Origin: Candidatus Falkowbacteria bacterium
GTDB lineage: Bacteria > Patescibacteriota > Patescibacteriia > Patescibacteriales > UBA12075
NCBI GenBank assembly: GCA_003514005.1
Contig: DOSJ01000004.1
Span: 165,533-229,532, forward strand
Reading direction: 5' to 3'
DNA: 64,000 nucleotides
Part shown: positions 38,501 through 46,961 of the stretch, in pieces
Numbering within the stretch: position 1 is the first letter of the stretch
How the letters are laid out: every line of letters begins with the position of its first letter
The notes under the pieces: model-generated
Told to the model about the DNA's origin: nothing
What the model saw: the letters and a program-made list of their open reading frames with translations, nothing else
Database searches by the model: none
Position numbers and translations under genes: made by a program

Positions 38501-41441
38501 ATTAATTGAAATCGTGAAAACCGATAATACAGCTAATGCGCTTTCCATTTCTCCGTATGGAAGTGAAACAATTAATGGATCAACTAATAAAATTTATCTT
38601 TATTCGCAAGGTGATTCGGTCGTTATTCGTTCCGACGGTTCAAATTCCTATATCGTTTCCGACAATCGTTCGAGCGTGGGGCAGAGTAAGGGGTATATGT
38701 TCCTTGTTGGTGGCATATCTTCCGTAAGTAACGGCACACAACTTGCTTATACAACAGTGCGTGGAAGCTACGGCACCGATATTGCTCAAAGTGGCAATGG
38801 TGTGCTTTTAAAGGCAGGTAAAACCTATAAATTAACGGCATCCGTTTCGATTTCGAACAGTGCTAATGCTCAGTTAGGTATAGAATTTTACAACACTACA
38901 GCAGGCGTTACTATCTCTTCATCCGGCAACAATGCGTTGAAGCTCGCTTCTAATGCGAGTAATAACTACTCGGATGCGGGGGATCTGAGCGCGGTATTTA
39001 CTCCGACGGTTGATTCTGTTGTCGTTATTCGTGCTATCAATTCAACAGCGGGTGTCAATGCTTCTGCGGACAACTTTGATATCGAAGTTATCTCTACTTC
39101 CCAGAATGTGGTGAATACGGTGGAGTATATTTACGCCAAGAATTCTGCCGGACAAACACTTACGGGAGGGAGCCCACTTACCTTTAATACAACTGTTTCC
39201 GGCAACATCAACAAAAGTAACAACAATACTTTTACCCTCAAAGCTGGGAAAACTTATCGTCTTGAAGGTACGGTTGGTGCTTCGACCGCAAATGCCACTG
39301 CTGTTTTCTTCCAGTGGCGCGATACGACAAATAACACCTACATTGGTAATGTAGCTTCCCGAATACCAGCCGCACATGCTTCTACAGCAGGAGAAGAAAG
39401 TGGTAATGCGATTGCTATATATACACCAACTACCGATGTTACGGTTCAACTTTGGTCGCATACCACACAAGGAAATTTATGGGGTCAAGGCGCGACCGAT
39501 AATGCCGATCAATATTCTTGGATTCAGATCACTCAAATCGGCTCAACGGCTTCGACCGGCGTGGCTTTGAACTCGCTTATTGCCGCCACGGCTTCGGGTG
39601 CGCTGGATAATACAAATTACGGACAGACATGGGATTGGAGTACTGCCACTACACAAACAGGTCTCACTATGACCGGCAACGCGCTTACGACTGGCGGGCT
39701 TTTGAGTCTCACCTCCAGCAATGCTTCTCTGAACTCGACCAATGGCCTTCTCTATGTGGCCAACACCGGTGCCTCGACGAACGGAATCGTCGCTCGCATT
39801 CAATCTAATTCTACTGTCGGATCGGGACTGACAGTTTTGGCAAACGGCCATGTTGGTATCGGCACAACGACACCGATAGCGGCGTTGCATGTATACGGGA
39901 CAGATAAGCAAATAATGATCGATAGGTCTACCGCCACCTCGACAAGATATGGACAACTGCTTTTTGCAGACGGAGGAATCGAAAATTGGTCAATTGGACA
40001 AAGAGTGGGCGATCAAAAATTCCATATTTACAAAACTTTGGCGACAGCGGGAGAGGTATTGACGATTGATACTTCCGGCAACATCGGCATCGGGACGACG
40101 AGTCCTGGAACGACATTAGACGTAAATGGCACCGGACGTTTTGTTTCGCCAGATGTTGGTACGACAGGAGGAATTGTACTTCGCGATAATGTAAGTAATG
40201 ACGGGAATTATCTTCAATTCGTGAATAATGCCGGTACTTCCCAATATTCTTATATCCAGGGATTAAGTTCTGGCGGATTGGCATTTATGGGTGGAAACGT
40301 CGGAATCGGTACCACTGACCCATCATTTGCACTTTCAGTTACGGATGCTGCTAACAGTGAATATGTCACTCAACTAATTAACACAGGCACTACCCCTCAT
40401 GGCATGCAAATCCAACTCACTTCCGCCGTCAGTGGCAGTATTTTTAATGGATTTTTTAATTTTTCAAATTTAATTGGATCAATTACTTACAATGGGACTG
40501 GAGTAAATTATAATCAAACTTCTGACGAAAGGCTCAAGGAAAACATAGTTGACACACACTTCGGTGTTCTTGATTTGATGAAAGTTAATGTCCGTGATTT
40601 TGAATATAAAAATGATTCAAATGGTCAAACTCTAAATGGTTTTATTGCCCAAGAATTACAGAAAATTTATCCTGATGCGGTTACCGTTGGTACTGACGAG
40701 GTTGATGATAATGGTAACTTAATTCATCCGTGGATGGTTGATTATGGTCGATTAACCCCGCTTATTGTCAAATCTATTCAAGACCAACAGACGCAAATTG
40801 AAGCTCTCAAGACAGGTATGGCGGTATCTATGGAAGGATTAGATGGTTTGGTTTTGTCTGGTGGCCTCACAATTGCCGGCGAAGTGGATATGGGTAAAGA
40901 CACAGTTGGTGAGGCAGTTATAAAAGCTGGCGATACTTCTGTGTTAGTTGTCTTTGAAAATAAATATACTAATCAACCAGTTATTACAATTACTAAAATG
41001 ACTGCCGGTGTCTTGTCTGACTACTATGTTAGCGATATAACTGTAAAAGGGTTCAAGATTAACATTGACCCGGCGCAAACCGATAAAGATATTTATTTTA
41101 GTTGGCATGCTTTTGGTTCAAATAGTGGAGTCAGATTATTTAGTGATGGGTTAAAAGAAAATATTGAAGCTATTGATCCGGATGTAACAACTTCGCCGGA
41201 AGTAACGACAGAAGCTCCTCCTGTTCAATCTGGTGATAATCCTATAGTAGGTGATAGCTCTCCAGTGGAGCCAGAAAATCCAGAAATGCCAGCGGATACA
41301 GAGGAATCTATTGAACCGGAAAACCCAGTTGAGTTTGAAACACTTGTGACGCCGGTTGTAGAAAATAATGCCCCAACTGAACCGGAAGCTCCCGCCGAAC
41401 AATCTATCGAACCGGTTACAAGTGAAGATGTGTCGCAATAA
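35598..41441 (+). CDS. giant (~1947 aa) tail-fibre-like surface protein with a peptidase S74 intramolecular chaperone domain, an H-type lectin domain and an acidic P/E-rich tail
   Basis: N-terminal signal/TM. Repeated G(N/H)(I/V)GIGTT.P...L.V fibre motifs. S74 signature TSDERLKENIVD...GFIAQELQKIYPDAV...VDYGRL (Ser codon at 40521). Then VVFENKYTNQPVITIT...VKGFKINI...FSWHAFG. Start moved to ATG 35598. Confidence 0.85.
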   Translation: MITITLRTKQILILIVVLALVLSAFPARITYAAGVMYLPGETISPACGPTESGCGVRASVYTADTMTDGALLFATSSTWSLLSAGADGQVLKLSGGLPSWGNDDGGTSYTAGSGLSLGGSIFSLDRTATGTWSGLQTFGGGISLGGNTYTNLAGTGLSFSGGALSTALGITIESSEITDETIVSGDIADGTITFGKIASNSCGANEIMKWNGSAWACSTDNNNTYTANTGLTLSSGAFSLDINGLSAISSVDATDTLAVYTASGLKKITRSDMFSDVLGAMNYRGTWNATTNYPDLSSYCVSGTKGHYYVVGTSGTTNLSGIASWSVNDWAVCNGTAWEKVQTTNAVTSVFGRTGAVIASGGDYNASQITNSASGNIAAITVQNALNELDNEKLSTTLNSGLIFIGNSSNQATGIALSGDATINNAGVITIGADKVTLGTDTMGNYVATLADSGAGLFTIANSGMENAGVTLSLVDDILNFTKFADALTLDNSTSITLGGNDLTTAITSTGLPKFIRTAAGQWMNFADGTDSFGIYNISGTPEALIAADKGSLAVDTNSGALYIKTTDSLNTGWSAFGLASSGITSLNGLTGSTQTFATSTSGTDFAITSDGTTHTFSIPDASATARGLITTGTQAIVGAKTLTSNLTLSGSAANIVLGSNYLSGDGDDEGIYINSSGNIGIGTTITTSKLTIKTTTTGDGIQLYGDGNTSPFFKIGSNSNYSANARNYGFAVDRGLWGDFSIFQSSVAQGDPYTTGTAVLTINKDGHFSVGASTIAGTLGLTGDLAVNTDKFNINATSGNTTVGGTLTAQGAVAYKKGSDFSTTETSINVDFGNTSLVRLTGASAQTIDTIAGGTDGKVLTIVNAGANSATIKDSSTASGTVANKIYTGTGADMTLAADASLLLIYDSGASRWRVVGGSGSGGLGGSSIQTISSTGNISGWGYTVKADGTSASFTTTLPTASGNSGKLIEIVKTDNTANALSISPYGSETINGSTNKIYLYSQGDSVVIRSDGSNSYIVSDNRSSVGQSKGYMFLVGGISSVSNGTQLAYTTVRGSYGTDIAQSGNGVLLKAGKTYKLTASVSISNSANAQLGIEFYNTTAGVTISSSGNNALKLASNASNNYSDAGDLSAVFTPTVDSVVVIRAINSTAGVNASADNFDIEVISTSQNVVNTVEYIYAKNSAGQTLTGGSPLTFNTTVSGNINKSNNNTFTLKAGKTYRLEGTVGASTANATAVFFQWRDTTNNTYIGNVASRIPAAHASTAGEESGNAIAIYTPTTDVTVQLWSHTTQGNLWGQGATDNADQYSWIQITQIGSTASTGVALNSLIAATASGALDNTNYGQTWDWSTATTQTGLTMTGNALTTGGLLSLTSSNASLNSTNGLLYVANTGASTNGIVARIQSNSTVGSGLTVLANGHVGIGTTTPIAALHVYGTDKQIMIDRSTATSTRYGQLLFADGGIENWSIGQRVGDQKFHIYKTLATAGEVLTIDTSGNIGIGTTSPGTTLDVNGTGRFVSPDVGTTGGIVLRDNVSNDGNYLQFVNNAGTSQYSYIQGLSSGGLAFMGGNVGIGTTDPSFALSVTDAANSEYVTQLINTGTTPHGMQIQLTSAVSGSIFNGFFNFSNLIGSITYNGTGVNYNQTSDERLKENIVDTHFGVLDLMKVNVRDFEYKNDSNGQTLNGFIAQELQKIYPDAVTVGTDEVDDNGNLIHPWMVDYGRLTPLIVKSIQDQQTQIEALKTGMAVSMEGLDGLVLSGGLTIAGEVDMGKDTVGEAVIKAGDTSVLVVFENKYTNQPVITITKMTAGVLSDYYVSDITVKGFKINIDPAQTDKDIYFSWHAFGSNSGVRLFSDGLKENIEAIDPDVTTSPEVTTEAPPVQSGDNPIVGDSSPVEPENPEMPADTEESIEPENPVEFETLVTPVVENNAPTEPEAPAEQSIEPVTSEDVSQ

Positions 41442-41485
41442 TTATAAGATTTAAAATATAAAAAATAATAATAAATATTAAATTT

Positions 41486-42223
41486 ATGTTTAAAAAAATA
41501 AATAATACTGAGGCAATGTCAGGAGTCAATAGAATAAATATTCTAAAACGAATTGGGCTCAAGCGGTGGCTAATTATATTGGTGGTATTAGTGGCAATAG
41601 GTGGAGTAGCCTCATCTGTTTACTATTTTAATAAGTATAAAACTCTTAAAGCCAATCCTAATTCAGAAGCGCAAAAAGAAACCGAAATTTTAGTAGCTTC
41701 CTTGGGACGACTGATGGAATTACCAGTCGATGAAACTCCGACTATCGCGACTATTGCTGATAAGGAAAAACTAAAAGACCAGCCATTTTTTGCTAAGACG
41801 GAAAATGGTGACAAGCTTCTTGCCTATACCAAGGCCATGCAGGCAATTCTTTTCCGTCCGTCTACTAATAAAATTATCAATGTTGCGCCGATAGTAATTG
41901 ATCAACAAGGGGGAGTAAATGAAAATACGCCAGTCTCACAAAAACCGGCAGATCTGAAAATCGCTTATTATAACGGCACTGAAATTGTTGATTTGTCGGA
42001 ACAAGCAGAAAAATTAATAAAATCTACTTACCCAAATTATCAAACTGATGCTCTTGCCAATGCCACAAAAAAAGACTATAAAGAAACCTTGGTGATTGAT
42101 TTGTCATACACGCACAGTCAAGAAGCTGAGGATATCGCCAAATTGCTTAGTGGCAAAGTTTCTTCTTTACCTGAAGGAGAAAATAGGTCGGATGCTGATA
42201 TCCTAGTAATTTTAGGTAAATAA
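41486..42223 (+). CDS. membrane-anchored LytR_C domain protein
   Basis: One TM helix (WLIILVVLVAIGGVASSVYYF). The C-terminal KIAYYNGTEIVDLSEQAEKLI...ADILVILGK resembles the LytR_C domain of the 16384 protein. Confidence 0.6.
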   Translation: MFKKINNTEAMSGVNRINILKRIGLKRWLIILVVLVAIGGVASSVYYFNKYKTLKANPNSEAQKETEILVASLGRLMELPVDETPTIATIADKEKLKDQPFFAKTENGDKLLAYTKAMQAILFRPSTNKIINVAPIVIDQQGGVNENTPVSQKPADLKIAYYNGTEIVDLSEQAEKLIKSTYPNYQTDALANATKKDYKETLVIDLSYTHSQEAEDIAKLLSGKVSSLPEGENRSDADILVILGK

Positions 42224-42228
42224 TTTTT

Positions 42229-43602
42229 ATGAGACGACGTCTTTCAATATTTTTTTTAATTTTATGCGGGACATTTTTGTCTTTTTCTTCGGCGTTATCT
42301 GGCACAATTTTGAGTTCGTATAAGTATGCTTGGGGTAATAATGTAGGTTATATAAATTTTGAAAATGTTGTCGTTGACGACAGCGCGTTATCTGGTTATG
42401 CTTGGTCAAAAAATAGCGGTTGGATAAAATTTAATCCCGCACAAGGCGGGGTTTTAAATAATAACGGAGATCTTTCGGGTTATGCTTGGGGTGAACAATT
42501 GGGTTGGATAGATTTTGATAATGTTTTCATAAATACTGCCACAGGTAAATTTTCCGGTACCGCTACTGGCACATTGGTTGGTACGATTAATTTTGACTGT
42601 CCAAATTATTGCGATGTCCGTACTGACTGGCACCCTGTTTGTCCTACAGTCGACAATGCCGCTACTTACAACGCATATCCGACTTGCGGTCCAGCAACTT
42701 GTGTTAGCGGGTACAATGTTTCTGTGGGCGTTTGTGTTGCCAGCGGGGGTGGCGGTGGAAGTGGTGGAAATCCAACTCCAACTCCAACACCAGAACCAAC
42801 ACCAGAAGTTGAAACGCATAACAATGATTTAGAAATTAATCCCGAACAATCAGGACGTTATGCCAAAGATACCAGTAATGGTCAGATTGTCTTGGAAGTG
42901 CCGGCTGACAATGTACCCAGTCGAACAACTTTTTATATCAATGCAGAACCCTTATCGTTTGAAAATGAGAGCTTAGTCTTACCGGATATACAACTTATTG
43001 GTTCGGTTTTTTATAATGTTTTTGCCAAGGATCAAAACGGCAATTATGTCCGTTCTTTTGTTTCCTTGCTAACTATTACACTTCCTGTGCCTGTAAATCT
43101 CCAGAAAGCGCGCAATCTTGCTGTTTATTGGCTTAACGAAGTTAATAATCAATGGGTATTGATCCCAGAGGCAGTATTTGCTAAAAATCAAGTAACTTTT
43201 CAAGTAAACCACTTAACAAAATTCGCAATTTTTGGAAATATTGAAGAAGAAACGACACTGGATAATACAAAAGCTACCGAAATGAAACCAAAGCCTTCAT
43301 TACCTCTTCCCGAAGATGTGAAGCCGTCGGAAAATTTGTCGGCAGAAAATAATGAACAAGATGATTCTTTTACTAATCGAGCTGTTAAAGAGACCGAAGA
43401 TATTATTAACTCTTTAGTTCCTGGTTTTCTAAATTCGGACAATAAAGATGATCCTAATATCAAAAAAAATCAAACAGAAGGTAAGGATTTTGAAATAGTG
43501 AAAAATGCCGATATGATTTTTTGGATTTTTTGGTTTGTTATAATAATTTTGCTTTTCATTTTGTTGGTCAAAAAGAGAAAAGCGAAAGATAAAAATAAGT
43601 AA
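42229..43602 (+). CDS. type I membrane-anchored surface protein with LSGYAW..GWI.F repeats
   Basis: Signal peptide, three (L)SGYAW(S/G)...GWI(K/D)F repeats, a GGGGGSGGNPTPTPTPEPTPE linker, and a C-terminal TM helix with KKRKAKDKNK stop-transfer. Confidence 0.6.
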   Translation: MRRRLSIFFLILCGTFLSFSSALSGTILSSYKYAWGNNVGYINFENVVVDDSALSGYAWSKNSGWIKFNPAQGGVLNNNGDLSGYAWGEQLGWIDFDNVFINTATGKFSGTATGTLVGTINFDCPNYCDVRTDWHPVCPTVDNAATYNAYPTCGPATCVSGYNVSVGVCVASGGGGGSGGNPTPTPTPEPTPEVETHNNDLEINPEQSGRYAKDTSNGQIVLEVPADNVPSRTTFYINAEPLSFENESLVLPDIQLIGSVFYNVFAKDQNGNYVRSFVSLLTITLPVPVNLQKARNLAVYWLNEVNNQWVLIPEAVFAKNQVTFQVNHLTKFAIFGNIEEETTLDNTKATEMKPKPSLPLPEDVKPSENLSAENNEQDDSFTNRAVKETEDIINSLVPGFLNSDNKDDPNIKKNQTEGKDFEIVKNADMIFWIFWFVIIILLFILLVKKRKAKDKNK

Positions 43603-43627
43603 AATTTATAAAATAATCATTAGCAAG

Positions 43628-43657
43628 AAACAGCTTGAAAACAAGCTGTTTTTGTTT
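43628..43657 (+). terminator. intrinsic terminator of the fibre operon
   Basis: AAACAGCTTG-AAAA-CAAGCTGTTT followed by TTGTTTT. Confidence 0.8.
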
Positions 43658-43726
43658 TATATTTAATGATATAATTAGTTTAATATCGTGTTTTCCGGTA
43701 AGATGATTTTTTATGTATTTTGATTT

Positions 43727-44890
43727 ATGAAATTATTAATTTGTACGCAAAAAGTAGATAAAAATGACGATCTTTTGGGGTTTTTTCATGCTTGGATCGC
43801 GGAGTTTGCGCAGAATTGCGAAGGCGTTACCGTGGTTTGTTTGTTTCGGGGAGAGGTGGATTTGCCTGAGAATGTTAGGGTTTTGTCGTTGGGAAAAGAA
43901 AGTGGGGATTTTCGATTTTCGATTTTCGATTTTCGATTTATTTTAAAATTTAAATATTTAATTAATTTTTTTAAATATATTTGGCAGGAGCGGAAGAATT
44001 ATGATACTGTGTTTGTGCATATGAATTCGATTTATGTTTTGCTTGGGGGATTGTTTTGGAAGGCGTGGGGAAAAAAGATTGGGCTTTGGTATGCGCATGG
44101 GCATGCGCCTTGGCAGCTCTTGGTTGCGGAAAAAATGGTTGATGTTGTGTTTACGTCTACGGCGAGCGGATGTAGGTTGAAGTCTGGGAAGATTCGGATT
44201 GTGGGGCAGGGAATAGACGTTGGAAATTTCCGATTTCCGATTTCCGATTTCCGATTTAGGGAAATACAAAAATCGAAAATCGAAAACCCGAAAAGTCCCG
44301 TTTGGACATCGGGTCCTTTACGGGATCGAAAATCGAAAATATCCCTGATTACTGTCGGCAGAATTTCGCCTGTAAAAAATCTTGAAACTTTGATTAATGC
44401 TGTTGAATTATTGGTAAAAAAGGGGATTGATGTTAAGCTGGATATTGTTGGGGCTATTGGATTAGTGGAACAGAAAGCATATTATGACTTTTTGTCGAAA
44501 ATGATAAATGAGAAAGGCTTGGCGAAAAATATTCAATTTGTCGGCTCTGTGCCGAATAAAGATATTGTTGAGTATTTGCAAGCGGCTGATATCTTTGTCA
44601 GCGCCAGTCAGACCGGCAGTTTGGACAAAACTTTTCTCGAGGCAATGGCCTGCGGTTTACCTGTAATCGGCTGTAATGTGGCGTTGGATGCTGTTTTGGG
44701 AGAATATAAAGATAGGCTATTTTATAGTGCGGGAGATTATTTGGCCTTGAGCGATAAAATCGAGAACGTGCTTGGTTTAAGCGAAGCAGAGTATGCGAAG
44801 ATGGCGGAGGATTTAAGAGGGGTGGTGGTGAGGGAGCATGGGTTGGGTGAGTTTGTGAAGAAAATTTTAAAAATATCCAATACTCAATAA
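43727..44890 (+). CDS. GT4-family glycosyltransferase carrying two in-frame repeat insertions
   Basis: The C-terminal half has ...ITVGRISPVKNL...ASQTGSLDKTFLEAMACGLPVIG (the E(x7)E region). Confidence 0.8.
   Translation: MKLLICTQKVDKNDDLLGFFHAWIAEFAQNCEGVTVVCLFRGEVDLPENVRVLSLGKESGDFRFSIFDFRFILKFKYLINFFKYIWQERKNYDTVFVHMNSIYVLLGGLFWKAWGKKIGLWYAHGHAPWQLLVAEKMVDVVFTSTASGCRLKSGKIRIVGQGIDVGNFRFPISDFRFREIQKSKIENPKSPVWTSGPLRDRKSKISLITVGRISPVKNLETLINAVELLVKKGIDVKLDIVGAIGLVEQKAYYDFLSKMINEKGLAKNIQFVGSVPNKDIVEYLQAADIFVSASQTGSLDKTFLEAMACGLPVIGCNVALDAVLGEYKDRLFYSAGDYLALSDKIENVLGLSEAEYAKMAEDLRGVVVREHGLGEFVKKILKISNTQ
43907..43939. repeat. (GATTTTC)n word tract in frame inside the GT4 gene
   Basis: GATTTTCGATTTTCGATTTTCGATTTTCGATTT encodes DFRFSIFDFRF. 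Confidence 0.8.
44225..44340. repeat. composite TTCCGATT / AATCGAAA palindromic word block plus a GC hairpin, in frame inside the GT4 gene
   Basis: (ATTTCCG)x4 ... AAAATCGAAAATCGAAAA ... CCCGAAAAGTCCCG-TTTGGACAT-CGGGTCCTTTACGGG ... ATCGAAAATCGAAAAT. It encodes [38 protein letters not shown] in the inter-domain linker. Confidence 0.8.
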
Positions 44891-44975
44891 TCAATATCCA
44901 ATAAATATCAAAGTATATAATATTCAATTTTTGGATTGATTATTTTATATTGAATGGATATTGAGTATTGAATAT
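44878..44975. repeat. ATTCAATA-word hairpin, copy 1 of a ~100-bp direct repeat pair flanking the asnB-like gene
   Basis: Roughly 85% identical by eye to 46851-46950. Shared core: AATATTCAATTTTTGGATTG..TATTTTATATTGAATGGATATTG.GTATTGA. Confidence 0.75.
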
Positions 44976-44982
44976 TAATAAT

Positions 44983-46839
44983 ATGTGTGGCATAAACGGT
45001 TTTAATTTTAAAGACGAAGCCCTAATCAATAAAATGGTTCGGGCTACTCGCCATCGCGGTCCGGATGATAGCGGGGTTTTTTGTGATGAGAATATTTCAC
45101 TTGGGCATAATCGTTTGGCGATAATTGATTTGTCGCCGGCCGGGCATCAGCCGATGTTGAGCAGAGACAAGCGTTATGCGATTGTTTTTAACGGTGAGCT
45201 GTATAATTTTCAAGAGATTAGAAAAGACCTCGAAAAGAAAGGGCGAAAATTTGTTTCCAGATCAGATACCGAGGTGATACTCGCTGCATTTATCGAATAC
45301 GGTCCGGAGTGTTTGCAAAAATTTAACGGGATATTTGCTTTTGCGATTTGGGACAAGGCAAAACAAGAGCTGTTTGCCGCGCGCGATCAGTTTGGCGTAA
45401 AGCCGTTTTTTTATTTTTGGGATAACCAGCGTTTTATTTTTTCTTCTGAGATAAAAGGGATTCTTGAACACAAGATTGAAAAAAACATTAATCAAAATGC
45501 CTTGAATTGCTATTTTTGTTTGCTGTATACACTTGGTCCGGATACTATTTGGCAGAATATTTCGAAGCTACTACCTGGTCATTATTTGGTATTAAATAAA
45601 ACCGGATTGAATTTAAAAAAATATTGGAGCATACAGCTCGGCCAAGCGATCAGCGACCGGGAGGAGGCGAAAGCAAGGATAAAAGAACTGCTTCGGGCTT
45701 CTGTTAAGCGGCAGATGATTGCCGATGTGGAGGTGGGCATGTTCCTTTCCGGTGGACTGGACTCAACCATTGTCTTGGGATTAATGAAAGAATTGACAGA
45801 AAAAAAAATCAAGACTTTTAGCGTCGGCTTTGCGGTCAGCGCTGATCAGGATGAAAAATTTAATCAAGACGCGATTTTGGCAAAACGGACTTCCGCGTTT
45901 TATGGCACCGAGCATCATGAAATATATTTGAATGAGCAAGACATGATTGCGAATTTGGAAAATATGGTTTCTGCTATGGATGAACTTGTGTATAGCCCCA
46001 CGCAGGTCGCGAATCTGCTTTTGGCGCGCCTGGCAAAACAAAAAGTAAAGGTTGTTTTAGGAGGCGATGGCGGGGATGAACTTTTTGGCGGCTATACTCG
46101 GTATTACTACTATAACCTGATCGAAAAATGGCGGCGCTTGCCCAGGATTTTTAGAAATAATATCGGTATGAAAAACCTGTTTGCGCTCGCGCGGAAAAGC
46201 GATATGTATGGGCGTTTGAATATGGATGATTTTTCCGCATTTTGGTCATTTATGGCGCAAAAAGAGGATTTATTAACGCGGATAATCCGGCCGGAGATTA
46301 ATGATTTGGCAGGAGCGCAAAATTATGTTAAAAATAAGTCAGGCTTAGAAACATTCGGTCCGGGGTTACCTTTGAGCGAAAAGATGATGCAGGCGGATAT
46401 GCGGACTTGGCTCGTTGAATATTCTTTGGCTCGGACCGACAAGATTACGATGGCGGCTGGTTTGGAAGAGCGAGTACCGATTTTAGACATTGATCTGGCG
46501 CAGATGGCTGTGAATATTCCGACAAAATACAAAATCAATTCCCGCAATCAAGGTAAATTGATTTTGAAAGAAGCGATGCGAGAATATATTCCTGATTTTA
46601 TTTACAACAAACAAAAAACCGGCTGGTTCGTGCCAATGGCCAAATGGCTGCGCGCGGGACTAAAAGATACGGCATACGATATTTTGTCAGATTCGTATAA
46701 CCAAGGAAGGACAAGCCAGTATCTGGATTTAGCGGAAGCGCGGAAGATTTTGGACGATCATGTTTCTGGTCGCAAATATGCGCTTAATACGATTTGGTCA
46801 GTGATAAATTTTCAAGTTTGGTTTAGGAGATTTTATTAA
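44983..46839 (+). CDS. asparagine synthase (glutamine-hydrolysing) family amidotransferase
   Basis: MCGINGF N-terminal nucleophile Cys (start moved to ATG 44983) and an SGGLDS PP-loop. Confidence 0.9.
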   Translation: MCGINGFNFKDEALINKMVRATRHRGPDDSGVFCDENISLGHNRLAIIDLSPAGHQPMLSRDKRYAIVFNGELYNFQEIRKDLEKKGRKFVSRSDTEVILAAFIEYGPECLQKFNGIFAFAIWDKAKQELFAARDQFGVKPFFYFWDNQRFIFSSEIKGILEHKIEKNINQNALNCYFCLLYTLGPDTIWQNISKLLPGHYLVLNKTGLNLKKYWSIQLGQAISDREEAKARIKELLRASVKRQMIADVEVGMFLSGGLDSTIVLGLMKELTEKKIKTFSVGFAVSADQDEKFNQDAILAKRTSAFYGTEHHEIYLNEQDMIANLENMVSAMDELVYSPTQVANLLLARLAKQKVKVVLGGDGGDELFGGYTRYYYYNLIEKWRRLPRIFRNNIGMKNLFALARKSDMYGRLNMDDFSAFWSFMAQKEDLLTRIIRPEINDLAGAQNYVKNKSGLETFGPGLPLSEKMMQADMRTWLVEYSLARTDKITMAAGLEERVPILDIDLAQMAVNIPTKYKINSRNQGKLILKEAMREYIPDFIYNKQKTGWFVPMAKWLRAGLKDTAYDILSDSYNQGRTSQYLDLAEARKILDDHVSGRKYALNTIWSVINFQVWFRRFY

Positions 46840-46850
46840 TATACAATTTT

Positions 46851-46950
46851 CAATACTCAATATTCAATGAATATCCAAGTATTTAATATTCAATTTTTGG
46901 ATTGGCTATATTTTATATTGAATGGATATTGTGTATTGATTATTGAATAT
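46851..46950. repeat. ATTCAATA-word hairpin, copy 2 of the direct repeat pair flanking the asnB-like gene
   Basis: See 44878-44975. Confidence 0.75.
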
Positions 46951-46961
46951 TATATTCTTGT

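Noticed and set aside
35598-43602. Prophage, or a diversity-generating retroelement target.
   Set aside because: The tail-fibre-like protein has no neighbouring capsid, portal, terminase, baseplate, integrase or reverse-transcriptase genes. I could find no template/variable repeat pair in the window.
43907-44340. Possible CRISPR array, suggested by the regularly repeated TTCGATT / TTCCGATT / AGAAGT units here and at 28047, 4394 and 32885.
   Set aside because: The repeat units are only 6-8 bp with no unique spacers of 25-40 bp. Many tracts are inside CDSs, and no cas genes are present.
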